A DNA stretch of 63,676 bases, the filler included, from Phoronis australis (Eukaryota > Animalia > Phoronida): NCBI GenBank assembly GCA_002633005.1. It is 5 parts of 5 records of this genome, joined end to end, with 100 filler letters (N's around TTAATTAATTAA, not from the genome) between each part and the next. Parts side by side here need not be neighbours in the genome. Positions count along the whole stretch, not along the records: positions 1 to 17,895 come from NMRA01000520.1; 4 more parts are not named here. One strand, written 5' to 3'. The notes under the pieces are model-generated. The model was given only the letters and a program-made list of their open reading frames with translations, did not search any database and was not told the DNA's origin. Position 1 is the stretch's first letter; every line of letters begins with the position of its first letter. Below, in pieces: positions 1 to 13,393 of this stretch. Position numbers and translations under genes: made by a program.

Positions 1-399
1 TTTTTCAGTTGTGACATAGAGTAACCCAATGGTCAACGTGATTCAGCTTAATACTTAAGTGCTCATTGTCGTCTTCTGTGATACAGTAATGCGCTGATAT
101 CACCATCGTTCGTCATTTTCTGGTAACGAGACAGAACATTTGTTTGTTTTCGGGCATAACAGTGGCAGTCTTTGTTCTTAAGCAGCTGGAGGATGTTGCC
201 ACGCGATCATCTCATTGTTATGTGTTTACGTGACTCTTGATGGTAGTTTCTAAAAGTGGGTGTGCGTAGACTGATGTTCTTACTAAAATTTTGCGGGTGG
301 CGTGACTCACACCTGGATGTGCATAAATACGGTTTACGGAACTTACGAGGCGAGTTCACTAAAACGAAATCGACAAGGGTTTTAAATCAATTTCAGAGG

Positions 400-630
400 C
401 ACGTTAAGTGCCACAAACTCGCCAGAATACATAGAAATTGCAATATTTGGCTACAAAGACAAAAAATCTCTTATACGGGTGGCGGAAGTCACCCTAACGA
501 CCTTCCCCCGTTCATCAGAGACACGTTAAGTGCCACAAACTTGCCAGAATACATAGAAATTGCAATATTTGGCTACAAAGACAAAAAATCTCTTATACGG
601 GTGGGGGAAGTCACCCTCCCGACCTTCCCC
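400..630. repeat. 123-bp-period tandem duplication
   Basis: CACGTTAAGTGCCACAAACT..GCCAGAATACATAGAAATTGC... at 400 and 523. Confidence 0.85.
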
Positions 631-2112
631 CGTTCGGAGCTACGCGCCTCATATTCGTGCGAATTCTGAACCCCTCCTTAGTGAAAACGTAGATCCGCCA
701 CTGACTGTATTGACGCCTCCCTCGATCATTAGTCAAAGTTCGTAGTCAGATAAGTATGATCGAGGACGGGAGAGCAAAGACATAATTATTCGACTTGGCC
801 AACTATTTCTCCCGTAGTCCCCAAGTCAAATTCTTCCTGATCGTTACCAGTTCAAGTCTGAAGGTTAACCCCAATTGGCAAAACACCAAGTTCCCTTTAA
901 AACTCTATACTTGCCATATTGCAAACTATTTAGGAGGGGAAGCATATACAAGTAAACTTTGAATTCATTTTTGTTGAACAAAACATGTCCTCGTAAAAGA
1001 CAGCAGAAGCTTTTGTGACATGCGTCTCAAACATTCATTTTTTCGATTTTATCCCACACGCGTTGAATCAGTCGAGTGCAATAGTGCCAGGTGATATTGT
1101 TTTCCATATTCCCCTCCCGAACTACACTGTACATGTACTTTAATGGTGCCCGCTGACATCGAAAGTTCAAAAGGTAGGTCAATGTCGTCTCGACATCGTT
1201 CCGCTTCGATCATCAAACTTTCCCAAATCCGTTTAAAGAATTACAGTTTTAGCAGTATACACGTAAGTAACACTCAACATGGAATCAGGTCCCAAACGTA
1301 ACATCTGGAACAAAACTGTTAATTTTTTGACACTTCCGTCTCAGTCAGTTTTCAATGGCTAAACAATTACATCGTCTGCAACGCAGGCGCCGATTCCTCG
1401 GTAACTACAATATCACATATTCTTGTTATTTAACTATTTTCAGGGAATGTTACAAGTTCAATGCATAATTACCGTTATTTTCATCTTTGTTATCTCTTAT
1501 CAAGCAATAAATCGTGAAATTTAAAAATGTTTCTTTTACTAGAAAAAACTTGAAAACGAACGCGCAAGTACATTTCATGTACATATAGGATGTGATCCGC
1601 CACATGAACAGTCTGGGTGAGGTATTTAAAATTTTGCCAAAAATGAAGAAATAGGAGAATATTGCAAGTGTATGAAGCAAATACACGTGACATTATTCCG
1701 CGGAGCGTTATTGCTTCATCTCCTCTACTCTCGGCATTGCTTTAACTTCCAGTACATGTAGTTCAGTGTGGTCAAAACTAAGACTTCGGTCCTTACAGTT
1801 TTGTATGATTCTGCGTAGTCTGTGTAAATAGAACGTTGTGTAAATTAATACTAGTTTGATGGCAACAGTTAAGACAGCAGTCTGTCGAATTTTTTTTCGT
1901 CTATTTGGTTTGAGCGGTGAACGTTGTAGTGCCCGCTTAGTCGTGCATTATGAGGTTTAACTACGTGCTCTCGGACAGTGCTTTCATTTTTGGATAGCGT
2001 TTCTCAAAGATGGAAAACAGATTGTTCATTTGTGACGTCTAACACTTCGAAGCACTTTCCTGATTGACCACAAGGCAGTTTACTCATGTCAATCTTAGTA
2101 CGTGTACACAAC

Positions 2113-2289
2113 CAGTGGCGGATCTAGGATATCACAAGGGGGGGGCCCAACATTTTGCCCGGCTGTAAGCATTTGCGCAAACTGAACCACGATTGTAGAT
2201 GCGCATAGCACCGAATGGGGGGAGGTCGGGAGGGGGGTTTGCCCCCCTCCCGCCCAGGAAATTTTTCTGTTTTTACCTCTAAAAATCAA
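2113..2289. mobile_element. End of another copy of the 13394-14411 element, truncated by the gap
   Basis: Near-identical reverse complement of ~14230-14411, starting CAGTGGCGGATCTAGGATATCACAAGG. Confidence 0.8.
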
Positions 2290-2923
2290 NNNNNNNNNNN
2301 NNNNNNNNNNNNNNNNNNNNNNNNNNNNNNNNNNNNNNNNNNNNNNNNNNNNNNNNNNNNNNNNNNNNNNNNNNNNNNNNNNNNNNNNNNNNNNNNNNNN
2401 NNNNNNNNNNNNNNNNNNNNNNNNNNNNNNNNNNNNNNNNNNNNNNNNNNNNNNNNNNNNNNNNNNNNNNNNNNNNNNNNNNNNNNNNNNNNNNNNNNNN
2501 NNNNNNNNNNNNNNNNNNNNNNNNNNNNNNNNNNNNNNNNNNNNNNNNNNNNNNNNNNNNNNNNNNNNNNNNNNNNNNNNNNNNNNNNNNNNNNNNNNNN
2601 NNNNNNNNNNNNNNNNNNNNNNNNNNNNNNNNNNNNNNNNNNNNNNNNNNNNNNNNNNNNNNNNNNNNNNNNNNNNNNNNNNNNNNNNNNNNNNNNNNNN
2701 NNNNNNNNNNNNNNNNNNNNNNNNNNNNNNNNNNNNNNNNNNNNNNNNNNNNNNNNNNNNNNNNNNNNNNNNNNNNNNNNNNNNNNNNNNNNNNNNNNNN
2801 NNNNNNNNNNNNNNNNNNNNNNNNNNNNNNNNNNNNNNNNNNNNNNNNNNNNNNNNNNNNNNNNNNNNNNNNNNNNNNNNNNNNNNNNNNNNNNNNNNNN
2901 NNNNNNNNNNNNNNNNNNNNNNN

Positions 2924-3737
2924 GCAGAATGGTGAATGTTGGCCAAATCCCCTTTTGTCCACTGACGTCACACGCATGCTGGCGCCCCCAGTGGAGGCCA
3001 TGAGAACTCGTAAACCGAGTTAACCACTGATTTAGTCTATCAATACGGACCAAGTAGCATCAGACAAGTCACAGATTTGCGGATAATTCTATGTATCGTG
3101 ACTTTCGTCAATCCTCAAAATCTAAGAATTAAGAATGTTTTTGTGGTATGTTACATAGTGAATTCTGAGGTTGCGGCATGATAAATAATTTTGCTCGGTT
3201 GAGTGTATGAACTGAGTCCTGCGTCCGCGGGTACTGAGGCCTACTGCGAATGGCCACGATACTTAAGTATGCAGAGGTTGTGTAAAACTTACGTTTGAGC
3301 TTCTCGTGATTTACGGCAGTGATAAGACGTCTGCTGCCTGTGAGTTGAATGCGGCCGAGCATTCGGTTATTGTGTTTTTCATATTAAAATATTGAAAGTT
3401 ATGTCGACCAAAATGGTATGTTTTGTTCATTCTAAGTCGGCGAGTCGCATTTGCGAAAGGTTTGCCTAAAAATCCGAAAATAATTCCATTCAAGAACAGC
3501 ACTGTCCGTGGCCTGGCATACAAGCAAATGTATCGGTATAGAGTATCTTTGTTTGATACAAATGATGTCAGTCATCATCCTGAGTCGAGTTACCAGTTGT
3601 GTAAACGAACTGCAGATTCTACAAGGGCAGGCTACCAGTGCAAAGTCTCCTAACCTCCATTGGGGGGCGCCAGCATGCTCATGACGTCAGTGGACAAAAG
3701 GGGATTTGGCCAACATTCACCATTCTGCTTCACGCTG
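2924..3737. mobile_element. TIR element with ~75-bp inverted repeats; left end lies in the gap
   Basis: 2924-2998 GCAGAATGGTGAATGTTGGCCAAATCCCC...CAGTGGAGG is the reverse complement of ~3654-3728. Confidence 0.7.
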
Positions 3738-3771
3738 ACAGGAGTCTCGTTCCAAAACGAGGCTCGCTACG

Positions 3772-4367
3772 ACTCGCTGGCTCCCTGCGTGCCGCTAGGT
3801 GGGGCGGTAGCCGCACCAGCACTCAAGTATCACTTAATTTACCTCGGAATTTTTTTTTTACACTGGCGTTTCTGATTGACTGGTCGAAATCTCAACAGGC
3901 AGCGCTTTACGCAAACAAACTGGCGCGAGTGATGGACTCAAAGTGTAAATGTGGTCTGTTGTACAGACAAATCGGTGCATAAAACTTATGTTCAGGAAAT
4001 TTGAAGCATAGAAATTTTGATTGCGCCTTTTCGGAATGCATCTTTCTACTGTCGATGACTTTTGTTTACGATAGTGTACTGTATTCATACAGTATGAATA
4101 ACACACCGATTAAATCGGCCAGATATGCGTGTACTGTAAATGTATGTGCTTCAAGCACGCGGCTGTTGGAAACTCCCTGCAGAAACGAAATAGTTGCTGC
4201 GACGCTACTTGCATGACAAGGCAAAAATCGTTCACAATCCGCCACTTTTTCACACTGTTGTGAAGCTAACCAATGACTGCCGAGGTTACATTGACCAATG
4301 CTAAAGCGCGTGGCAATGCGCGATACCTGCTTGCTGGCTGGTCTAAGCACGCAGGGAACCAGCGCGC
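3772..4367. mobile_element. MITE with ~20-bp TIRs
   Basis: CTCGCTGGCTCCCTGCGTGC ... GCACGCAGGGAACCAGCGCG; same termini as the mini-hairpin at 41650. Confidence 0.6.
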
Positions 4368-5304
4368 TCCCTACGACAGCTCTGTTGGCTTATCGGCACA
4401 CTGGTTGTACAGCTGTATTCCGGGTTGCTCGAACGGCTAGTAAAAATACGGACACTCAATTGTTTGTTTTAAAATCCCTAAGGACGTTGAGATTTGGAAG
4501 CGTTGGGTCGTTCATACGTTGCAGGGCCGTAGCCAGGGGGGTTCTGTCGTTGCTCAAACAAAAATCAGACATTTGACTACCGTGTGGTCTTGCACTGAGG
4601 AAACGAGCATGTTCACATTATTAGGGAAAAGCAGGTCTAGACCTAATAAAACTTCGGTCAATGAAGAAAGTGGCCCTTTGTCAATCAGTGGCAATGGTGC
4701 ACAGTCTGGCAGACTTCATACGAGCAACAATCTTGATGGAAGAGAAAAGATTTCCAAAGTTACGTGTTACTTTTCCGAAGGTTCACTACTCCGAAGGTCC
4801 ACTACTCTAAAGTTTCACTACTCCGAAGGGTCATTACTCGGATTGTCTGCTATTGAGTAGGAGCTGGCATGAATTAAATATTGTATTTGTGTCCATTTAG
4901 TAATCAAAAAAAGGGTTTAATAGTTTTAAAACATTGATCACATTGTTTACAAATGAGATCAGTTCCAATCGCTGTCAAAAGTGATTCTTGAACCTAACTA
5001 ACGACTCGTTATCAAGCAGGGACGGGGCACGGGTCAGGGTTGCGGCGACCAACGGCGGTTTTAAATTTAAGAAGACTCAATGTGACTCTCTGACTTTGTG
5101 AAAACTGGGACGGACAAGATAACCTTCTAGCTACATGTGTATATTTAGTTTCGACCGGCCGTGAACGCGGTTCCATCAGGTGACGTAATAATTCATCAAT
5201 ATCCCTACTTCGTATTCTTTTAAAAGGAAAGCCCTTTGATGAGTTCCAACAATCCTCGTTCTGTCACGTGCTAATGAATCAATGGCGTCAATCTTCCAAA
5301 TTAA

Positions 5305-5906
5305 AAGTATACCAAACCCGGTTTTGTCCTATTAAAAGATACATGTACTATAAAAACAACTTTCCCATCCAGTTCTCTGAAACAAAATAATGCTCTGTAA
5401 AGGCTCGACAACCCTCTAAACTTTCGGGAAAAATTAGAAAAATCCTTGCAAATTCTGCTAAAGAGGCAGGCGTGGACTACTCACCAAGCACCATAATGTC
5501 CAATTTGTGAGGTATTGGGTATGAATTCTTAGTACATTCCTACTTAATCATTCAAGATTGGCGGCAATGATGCATCAGCAAGTGTGAGAACGAAGATTGG
5601 TTGAAATCATCGCAATAAGGTTTACAATCCTTTTTAAGGAAGGAATCAATTGAAAATTCATACACCCCATGTCACAGTTTGGACAATATAGTCCTTGGTG
5701 GGTGGACTTTTCCCACAGTTGGCGTGTAAAAGGCAAAAAGCGTAGGTCGCTCTTCCGTTTAGCAAACTTTGAAAGGAGTTTTCAAAATTTTCAGCAAACT
5801 TTTGAGGGTTGTCCATGGTTACATAGTATTATTTTGTTTCAAAGAACTGGATGGGAAAGTCATTTTTAGAATCTGTCAATAGGCCAAATCCGGGTTTGGA
5901 ATCCTT
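5305..5906. mobile_element. Kolobok-like MITE with TTAA TSD
   Basis: TTAA|AAGTATACCAAACCCGGTTTTGTCCTATT ... AATAGGCCAAATCCGGGTTTGGAATCCTT|TTAA with long imperfect inverted arms; a related partial copy lies at ~11520-11840. Confidence 0.8.
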
Positions 5907-7222
5907 TTAAAAATGCAAAAGACACTTAGTTTTTCCTATTCGTAAGACATGCTGGCACTTTCGTATGCGCATGAAATCAATAGTACCCGGACGTTGTTTT
6001 CGATATACTTCACCACTCAGCGCATCTGATAACTGAAGTATCTTTTACTTTGCATGCAAAATTGTAAAAATTACAATAAACCTGTGTTCTAAGTTTTAGA
6101 TATTTTCGGAGTAGTGAACCTTCAGAATAATGGGCTGTTCCCTTTTCCAGGAATGCAAGTAACACGCAAAAAATACAAACAGATAAAAATTTCAAGTCGT
6201 TCTCAGACTAAAAAAAATTCGTCCGAGTATGTATAAGCACCCCTGATTTGAACTTTTGGCGGAAGGTAACGCGAGAACGTTCTCCTTCTGGACCACATTA
6301 CATATCCGAATTTGAGTCCCATTCTTTACGAGCAACCGTCACGGCAGCCTCATTTCCGTCTCATCTCAGGAACATTGAGCTGAGAGTCATTGTTGTGTAT
6401 ACAGACTTCCCTTCCCTTTAATTAAGCTGCGTCAGGGCCTTATTGAAACTATACCGGGCCGATCTTTGCAAAATATCCAAGGTCCACCCTTCCAGAAATT
6501 CGAAGCAACCCCTGCGCAATGCTGGCTACGAGCATGCGTTGTGTAAAATTTACAAAAGTTTTCGAAAAAATAGATCATATTTTGTCGCATCTCGGTTGCC
6601 CAGCTGCATCATAGCAACGACCGGAGAACTTCTTCCAGCCAGGCAGTGTTTTCATGATTGCGGGTTGAATGATGATGCATTTTTACAAAAAGGTCAGGGC
6701 CCTCAATTCCTCCCGAATATCGACTCTATTCCCCTCGCAAAATTATCGAAACTCCCCCGAAATTCCCCCCACGACGTCCTAAAATTCCCCTAGTGATTGA
6801 GAAGTTCTCTCCCGCGAAATTCAAATCACCTGAAACCACACAGGTGACAACTTGAAAGAGCACAAAATGGTACTTGAGACAGAGCCTATGAGAGCTTGCA
6901 ACAGGGCGGGGGTGTATTGATGATGATCGGGAGGGTAGATTTTTCTCCTCACTCGGCAAATATATGAGCGTCTCAGTCAGAAATCCCAAACACTTTTCAC
7001 CTCCGATGAACGAGGCCCCTAAAGAAACATGATAACTATGCTTGCTCTATTCAGTTAACTGAAATTGAGCTCTAAAACGAAGTTATGCTTTGGACGATTG
7101 AATTAGGTGTTTTTAATTTTATAATTCAACTTGGTCCAGGTTAATATTTGAAACCTAACACATGAAATAGATGTAAGAATTATAAAACCAAGAAAGCAGA
7201 ATTGATGGTCAAATAATTACTT

Positions 7223-10200
7223 GAAGACTTGCACCAGGGAAAATAGCAATAATAAGGCTTTGCGCGACGACGTATTTTGATAACAATCCGTCTTTTTACC
7301 ATCTGTCTACATGCAGACAGCGACGCATGCGCAATTCAATCATCACTAGTACAGCAGCGACACCGCGAGGAGAATTCTCCGAATAGCCCCATTACATCAA
7401 TATAAAGACGTTTTTCATCAAAAAATAAAACGCTCGTAAGGTGTGCTGAGTTAATTCAAGGAAAATTACTTCAGTGGTAAGCACCTATAGTATTACTTGT
7501 CCTAGTACCTAATTCATCTTAGCGTGGTGAACTGGTAATCTGTGCAGTTTGAAACGACATGGTTTCACAGTTCAAACAGATGTGTCATAGACTATGTTGT
7601 AAAACAACACGACGACTGCAATACATGCGCGCGCCCAGCCTTTAATATGGGGGGCTCGAATCTCTGGTGAAGTGGACCTTTTGCTAACAAAAAAGCGGGA
7701 GGACTTAAAAACACCTTCAAGGCTGTGAACTGTGCGTCTGTGTCTTTTTAGTAGACTTTTTTCTCGTTTTCTCGGACTTTATTTTTCCCTGGGGCGGACC
7801 TCTTTATCCACTTCGCCAAATGGCCCCCTGAGCCCCCTCCCCCCTGGGTACGCGTATGCAATACATGTATATAAGCGGAACTAGAGTTTTAAAAAGGTGT
7901 TAGCATTATTAATTTTTACCAAAATTATTTTTTCATCAACCAATCTACACTTTTATCCGGCCATGATGTGCGAAATCGCAGATTTTGTTTTCTGTCGAGC
8001 ACACTGAGTCCATCTGATTGGGCATCCAGAACGAGAAGGACAAAAAATGTTCACACAGAAACAACATATTGAGATACTGTAACCATTTCGAACAATAAAG
8101 TTTTGATTTATTTCAAAATATCACTATCACGCAGTAAAATCACACCGTGGCAGTAAAAGGGAAATGCCTAGCTAGTNTTTTTTATTTGATTTGTTTGTGC
8201 GTGTAATTATTTTTAGAGCTTTTTTAAGAAGGCCTTTGAACACTTTTAATTTTTGTGTTAACTTGTCCACAACAAAAGTTCCACATGCAAGACAAGTACA
8301 TAAAGAAACAACATTGTTAAAAACAATTGTAATTTTCCCACGCAATATAGTCCATAGTAATCAGGCATATCAAGGGCGGAATTTCTGAATTAGGTTCAAT
8401 TCTCTCAGGTTATTGCTGAAGGATTGCTTTTCACTTTGTCCAAAGGCAAAATAGACAGTCAGGTGGCTGGTTTCATTCATTTTCTCTCACCTGTAACTGA
8501 ATAGTCAGAGAAATATTAGAAAATTACAAAAGAAAACACAAGACAAAACTACTTTAGTAAGGTAGAACATACTTGACGTTTCATCTTTACGTTAATATGT
8601 AGAAACTAATAATCTTTGTACACAAGTCTTATTTAAGATCTGAATTAAACTATGTGAAACAGGCTAAAGGTGATTTAATAATGTGTATTTTTAACGACAC
8701 CTGAAATGTGCATCTGACCTCAACAAGTATAATTCATTCTAGGTGTGAATTTTTATTCCAATGCAATGTTATGACGTTCACTGAATAGTTATTCATGTTA
8801 ATTGGGTAACTAATCTGGTAGTCGAGGGGGTGGGGTACGCTATAAATTAAGGAAACTCACTCATCTAGAGAATTTTATTGGACATACATGTAGCATAGCT
8901 TTGAAGAGAAACTGCTGTGAAAAAGTAACCATTGGGTCCTGAGCGTCACGTACCATACGCCTCTTAAATTGGGCGCATTCCCACCCCTGGAGGACAATAT
9001 TGGAATAAGTGCTGCTAGCCTACCCGGCATCCGAGTCCTGGGTGAGTTTCCGAAAAGAAACATTTAATTCCACTCAATAAACCCGTTATTCAGTGAGCTA
9101 ACTGGTGGGGATAACATCACCGAACCATGTCGATAGAAACCTGATTGCTAAAAACTTACCAAGTAACGTTATGTAGTCTCCCAAAGGGGGTTCGGCATCC
9201 ACACACTTTTTGTCAGTTAGTTGACCTTTTTGACCGCAATGCTCCACGAATGTAGTAACCTTAGGCCTTTTGGTAATTTTTGACCGCCTGTCGAAGACTT
9301 GCACCAGGGAAAATAGCAATAATAAGGCTTTGCGCGACGACGTATTTTGATAACAATCCGTCTTTTTACCATCTGTCTACAAGCAGACAGCGACGCATGC
9401 GCAATTCAATCACCACTAGTACAGCAGCGACACCGCTAAGAGAATTGTCCGAATAGCCCCATTACATCAATATAAAGACGTTTTTCATCAAAAAATAAAA
9501 CGCTCGTAAGGTGTGCTGAGTTAATTCAAGGAAAATTACTTCAGTGGTAAGCACCTATAGTATTACTTGTCCTAGTACATGTACCTACATGTAATTCATC
9601 TTAGCGTGGTGAACTGGTAATCTGTGCAGTTTGAAACGACATGGTTTCACAGTTCAAACAGATGTCATAGACTATGTTGTAAAACAACACGACGACTGCA
9701 ATACATGCACGCGCCCAGCCTTTAATATGGGGGGCTCGAATCTCTGGTAAAGTGGACCTTTTGCTCACAAAAAAGCGGGAGGACTTAAAAACACCTTCAA
9801 GTCTGTGAACTGTGCGTCTGTGTCTTTTTAGTAGACTTTTGTCTCGTTTTCTCGGACTTTTTGTTTCCCTGGGGCGGACCTTTTTATCCACTTCGCCAAA
9901 TGGCCCCCTGAGCCCCCTCCCCCCTGGGTACGCGTATGCAATACATGTATATAAGCGGAACTAGAGTTTTAAAAAGGTGTTAGCATTATTAATTTTTACC
10001 AAAATTATTTTTTCATCAACCAATCTACACTTTTATCCGGCCATGATGTGCGAAATCGCAGATTTTGTTTTCTGTCGAGCACACTGAGTCCATCTGATTG
10101 GGCATCCAGAACGAGAAGGACAAAAAATGTTCACACAGAAACAACATATTGAGATACTGTAACCATTTCGAACAATAAAGTTTTGATTTATTTCAAAATA

Positions 10201-10256
10201 TCACTATCACGCAGTAAAATCACACCGTGGCAGTAAAAGGGAAATGCCTAGCTAGT
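7223..10256. repeat. ~950-bp near-identical direct duplication (7223-8176 / 9293-10256)
   Basis: Both copies run from GAAGACTTGCACCAGGG to GGGAAATGCCTAGCTAGT with a few SNPs and indels; the first ends at an N. Confidence 0.9.
7624..7858. mobile_element. hAT5-like MITE with 5-bp TSD CAATA (second copy ~9704-9938)
   Basis: CAATA|CATGCGCGCGCCCAG ... CTGGGTACGCGTATG|CAATA. Confidence 0.8.
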
Positions 10257-10404
10257 ACAACCGTGGCAGTAAAAGGGAAATGCCTAGCTAGTACAACCGT
10301 GGCAGTAAAAGGGAAATGCCTAGCTAGTACAACCGTGGCAGTAAAAGGGAAATGCCTGGCTAGTACAACCGTGGCAGTAAAAGGGAAATGCCTAGCTAGT
10401 ACAA
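10225..10404. repeat. 36-bp minisatellite, 5 copies
   Basis: CCGTGGCAGTAAAAGGGAAATGCCTAGCTAGTACAA in tandem with no spacers. Confidence 0.95.
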
Positions 10405-12056
10405 AATTACTGTACCGTATGGGTACATGCACCCCACTTCAGCAAAAGTCAGATTTCAACCAACTCTAATTTCATCCCTTAATTCAGTGGGATACGACAG
10501 TTAGTGACACACAATTGTGTTACTGGTACACTTATATTAACACCACGCCACAAAATAAATATGACAAAACTCAATAGTCGTAAACTCTATCTACCCTGTC
10601 CTACATACCAAGGCATTAATACACTGTACATGTATGTATCAGAAGACCATAATCAAAACATAATATTTAAATGATGGTTTTCCTCAAGTAAGACAAATAG
10701 GGATTTTAGTAGCTTGCCAGGCTACGTGACATTTGTCCCATCTGCCGTCCCAATATTAGTTTGTAGGGTTTAGCATTCTTGGGTATCCCGTCCTTCGATC
10801 CTACCCTATTCCTAATAACCTCACTGTATTAATGAAGCTTCGAATTGAGGTCCATACTTAAAATTGTACAACTATTAATATTGTAGTCACTTTTTGTGTT
10901 TCTTCGTCGCAAGAAAACAACAGATATCTTGGAGAGAGTAAAGTCACTAAACCCTTAAAGACACATCGGAATAAGAAGGGAAGTCAAGCAAAGTTTTTTC
11001 TAAGTCGATGCTTCATGGGCCATGAAACATCGACTTGAGTGGGTGTTCTAGGGACCAAATGAAGTTGAAAAATATTGTTTCTGCGATCGGATTCTCTCCC
11101 ACAAAATATTTTTATTTTAGTTTTGATTTTTAAACTTCGAAAGACCAAAAACTGTTTCATAGATTCTGGTTGATACTGGAAATCAAACTTTGTTTTTGAT
11201 TTGTTCTGCTACATGTATAACTAAAGATAACTAATTCTGTGCTCAAGTATACAATAATTTTCTTAAATCCTAGTTTTCACTTGATGACCCTTACATTAAA
11301 GGTGTTGTTACCAATATTGTATCCTACTGTAGATACTGAACAGTACATACGCATCTCGACTAACATGGTTCATCAGCAAGATGGCGGAACACTCCGCTCA
11401 ACGAAAACCTCATAATGTCAACTCTAGCTACATTTATCTCAAATAGGTAGTCACACAATGTAAACACTGCGTGTCTTACCGGCTGCATACAACGTTCCCC
11501 TTCAACACGGCACTGAAAAAGATACCAAACCCGGTTTTGGCCTCCTAACAGATAAGACGAATTCCCCATCCAATTCTCTGAAACAGAATAATGTTCCATG
11601 TTCCGTAACCCTCCACACCCCTTAAAAGTATGAAGGAAGCTTTGAAAACTCCTTTCAAAGTGATTAAAAGGGCGAGCGTTACCTACGATTTTAGGGAGTT
11701 ACATGGCAACTGTGGGGAAAGACCACACCGCAGGAAATATAGTGTCCAATCTGTGACATACTGGAGTAGAGTTTTTAGTAGATTCCTCCTTTTACCTATC
11801 AAGATTGACCCCAATGATGCAACGAAGATTGGTTGAAATAATCAAAATAGGGCTTAGTATCATTTTAATGACTTGACAACTTACTGGTCCAGGCCGTCGA
11901 CAGGCGTGTTTCCGGTATGACCTCGTCCGCAGAAGCATCCATAGTCTAAGTATACCAAACCCTCGATGACATTTTTTCCCGTTGCACACATCACCAACGC
12001 AGGGTAATCGTATAATATAGAACGCTTTTCCTCTGCAATTTAACAATAAATTAATG

Positions 12057-12292
12057 CATGCGCGCACACAGTCCCGCAAATTTGGCGAAATGGACAAAAA
12101 TGGTCCCCCTCAGAGAAACAAAATGTCCAAAAAAAGTACAAAACGAGACAACAGTCCATCGAAAAGGCAGGAATTCGGCGAATGCACAACCCAAAGCTCT
12201 GAACGTCGTATCCCGTTTTTATAATTTGTTTTTTAATGAAGGGTCCACGCTCCCAAAAATTCGAGCATCCCCCTAGTCTGGTTGCTCATATG
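12057..12292. mobile_element. hAT5-like MITE, same family, diverged
   Basis: TAATG|CATGCGCGCACACAG ... CTGGTTGCTCATATG|AAATG; internal similarity to the 7624 and 17509 copies. Confidence 0.65.
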
Positions 12293-13393
12293 AAATGCAT
12301 TAATTTGCTCTGCAAGAGAGAACTGCTCCACGAATTACTGAACAGTGATACCATATATACCCAGATCCATGACGCAGTTTTGGAACTAATATCCCTAAAA
12401 AATGAGCTAAATAAATCTCGAAGTTCCACCCGGGTAAAGGTGATCCACGTTAGACTGAATAAGAAATATATTTCTCTCTTACAGAACGCATATACACCAG
12501 CTCTATGACTTTGATTTGATATTTTTCGAAAAAAAATAACTGATTAAAATACGGAAACACAGACATCAATATTTTGACAGGCTCATTGAAGAGAAAAAAC
12601 GAGATATCTTTGAGAAAGTAGTAGAAAAAACGCGTTGTGTTGGTCTACAGAATTTTTCAATCTTAAATCTTTGTTTTCATGGGTATCATTGATAAACCAT
12701 CACCACTTATAGGCACAATAAAATCAATACAAATCAAATGACAGACGGAAAAAACAGTAAAACTGTCTCCATGATGTACATGTATGAGCAAATAATCATC
12801 AAAATATACCATTTGAGGACAAACTGTCACTCTCAACACTTGTCAAAACGGCAAAGAAGAGCACGACACTAGTTAAAGACATCGTTTCCGTCGGTGGGTT
12901 CTACAATAAATAACTGTAACGACTATTGCACTAACTATATTTTAGTACGATGAACTTGAGGTCAGTGAGACGTAGTATGCTGGTACCGCCTCGATTTCGT
13001 TAACAGGTGGAAAAAAAGTCTAGTTTTGGTGATTTGAGCGTGCAATTGGACAACTTCAGATGAAGGTTGTTTTCACGCCATGATTTATATTTAAAATCTA
13101 ATTTGCATGTACACGTAGTTGAAGTGGTTTTTGCCTTCAGCATCGGTATATTTCGAATGAAAAGAACTACCGTAAACATTTGGAACTATGCGCATGCGCT
13201 CATATACGAAATAGTGCTTTATTTTGCAATGATTTTCAACTCTGACATGTTTAATATAGTAGAAGATGGTCCAACGTTCCGCAGTACGGCTAATGGGAGT
13301 TTCCGTGTACATGCATCTTTGGCCAACAATCGAACGAGTTTATTGCACAAGGTTGTTGTACCTCTGTGTTGGAAATCTTGGGAAAAGATGACC

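Noticed and set aside
2095-3053. Long ORFs spanning the gap
   Set aside because: Made almost entirely of N-derived X residues.
10225-10404. 36-bp repeats of CRISPR-like length
   Set aside because: Head-to-tail with no unique spacers, no cas genes, eukaryotic context.
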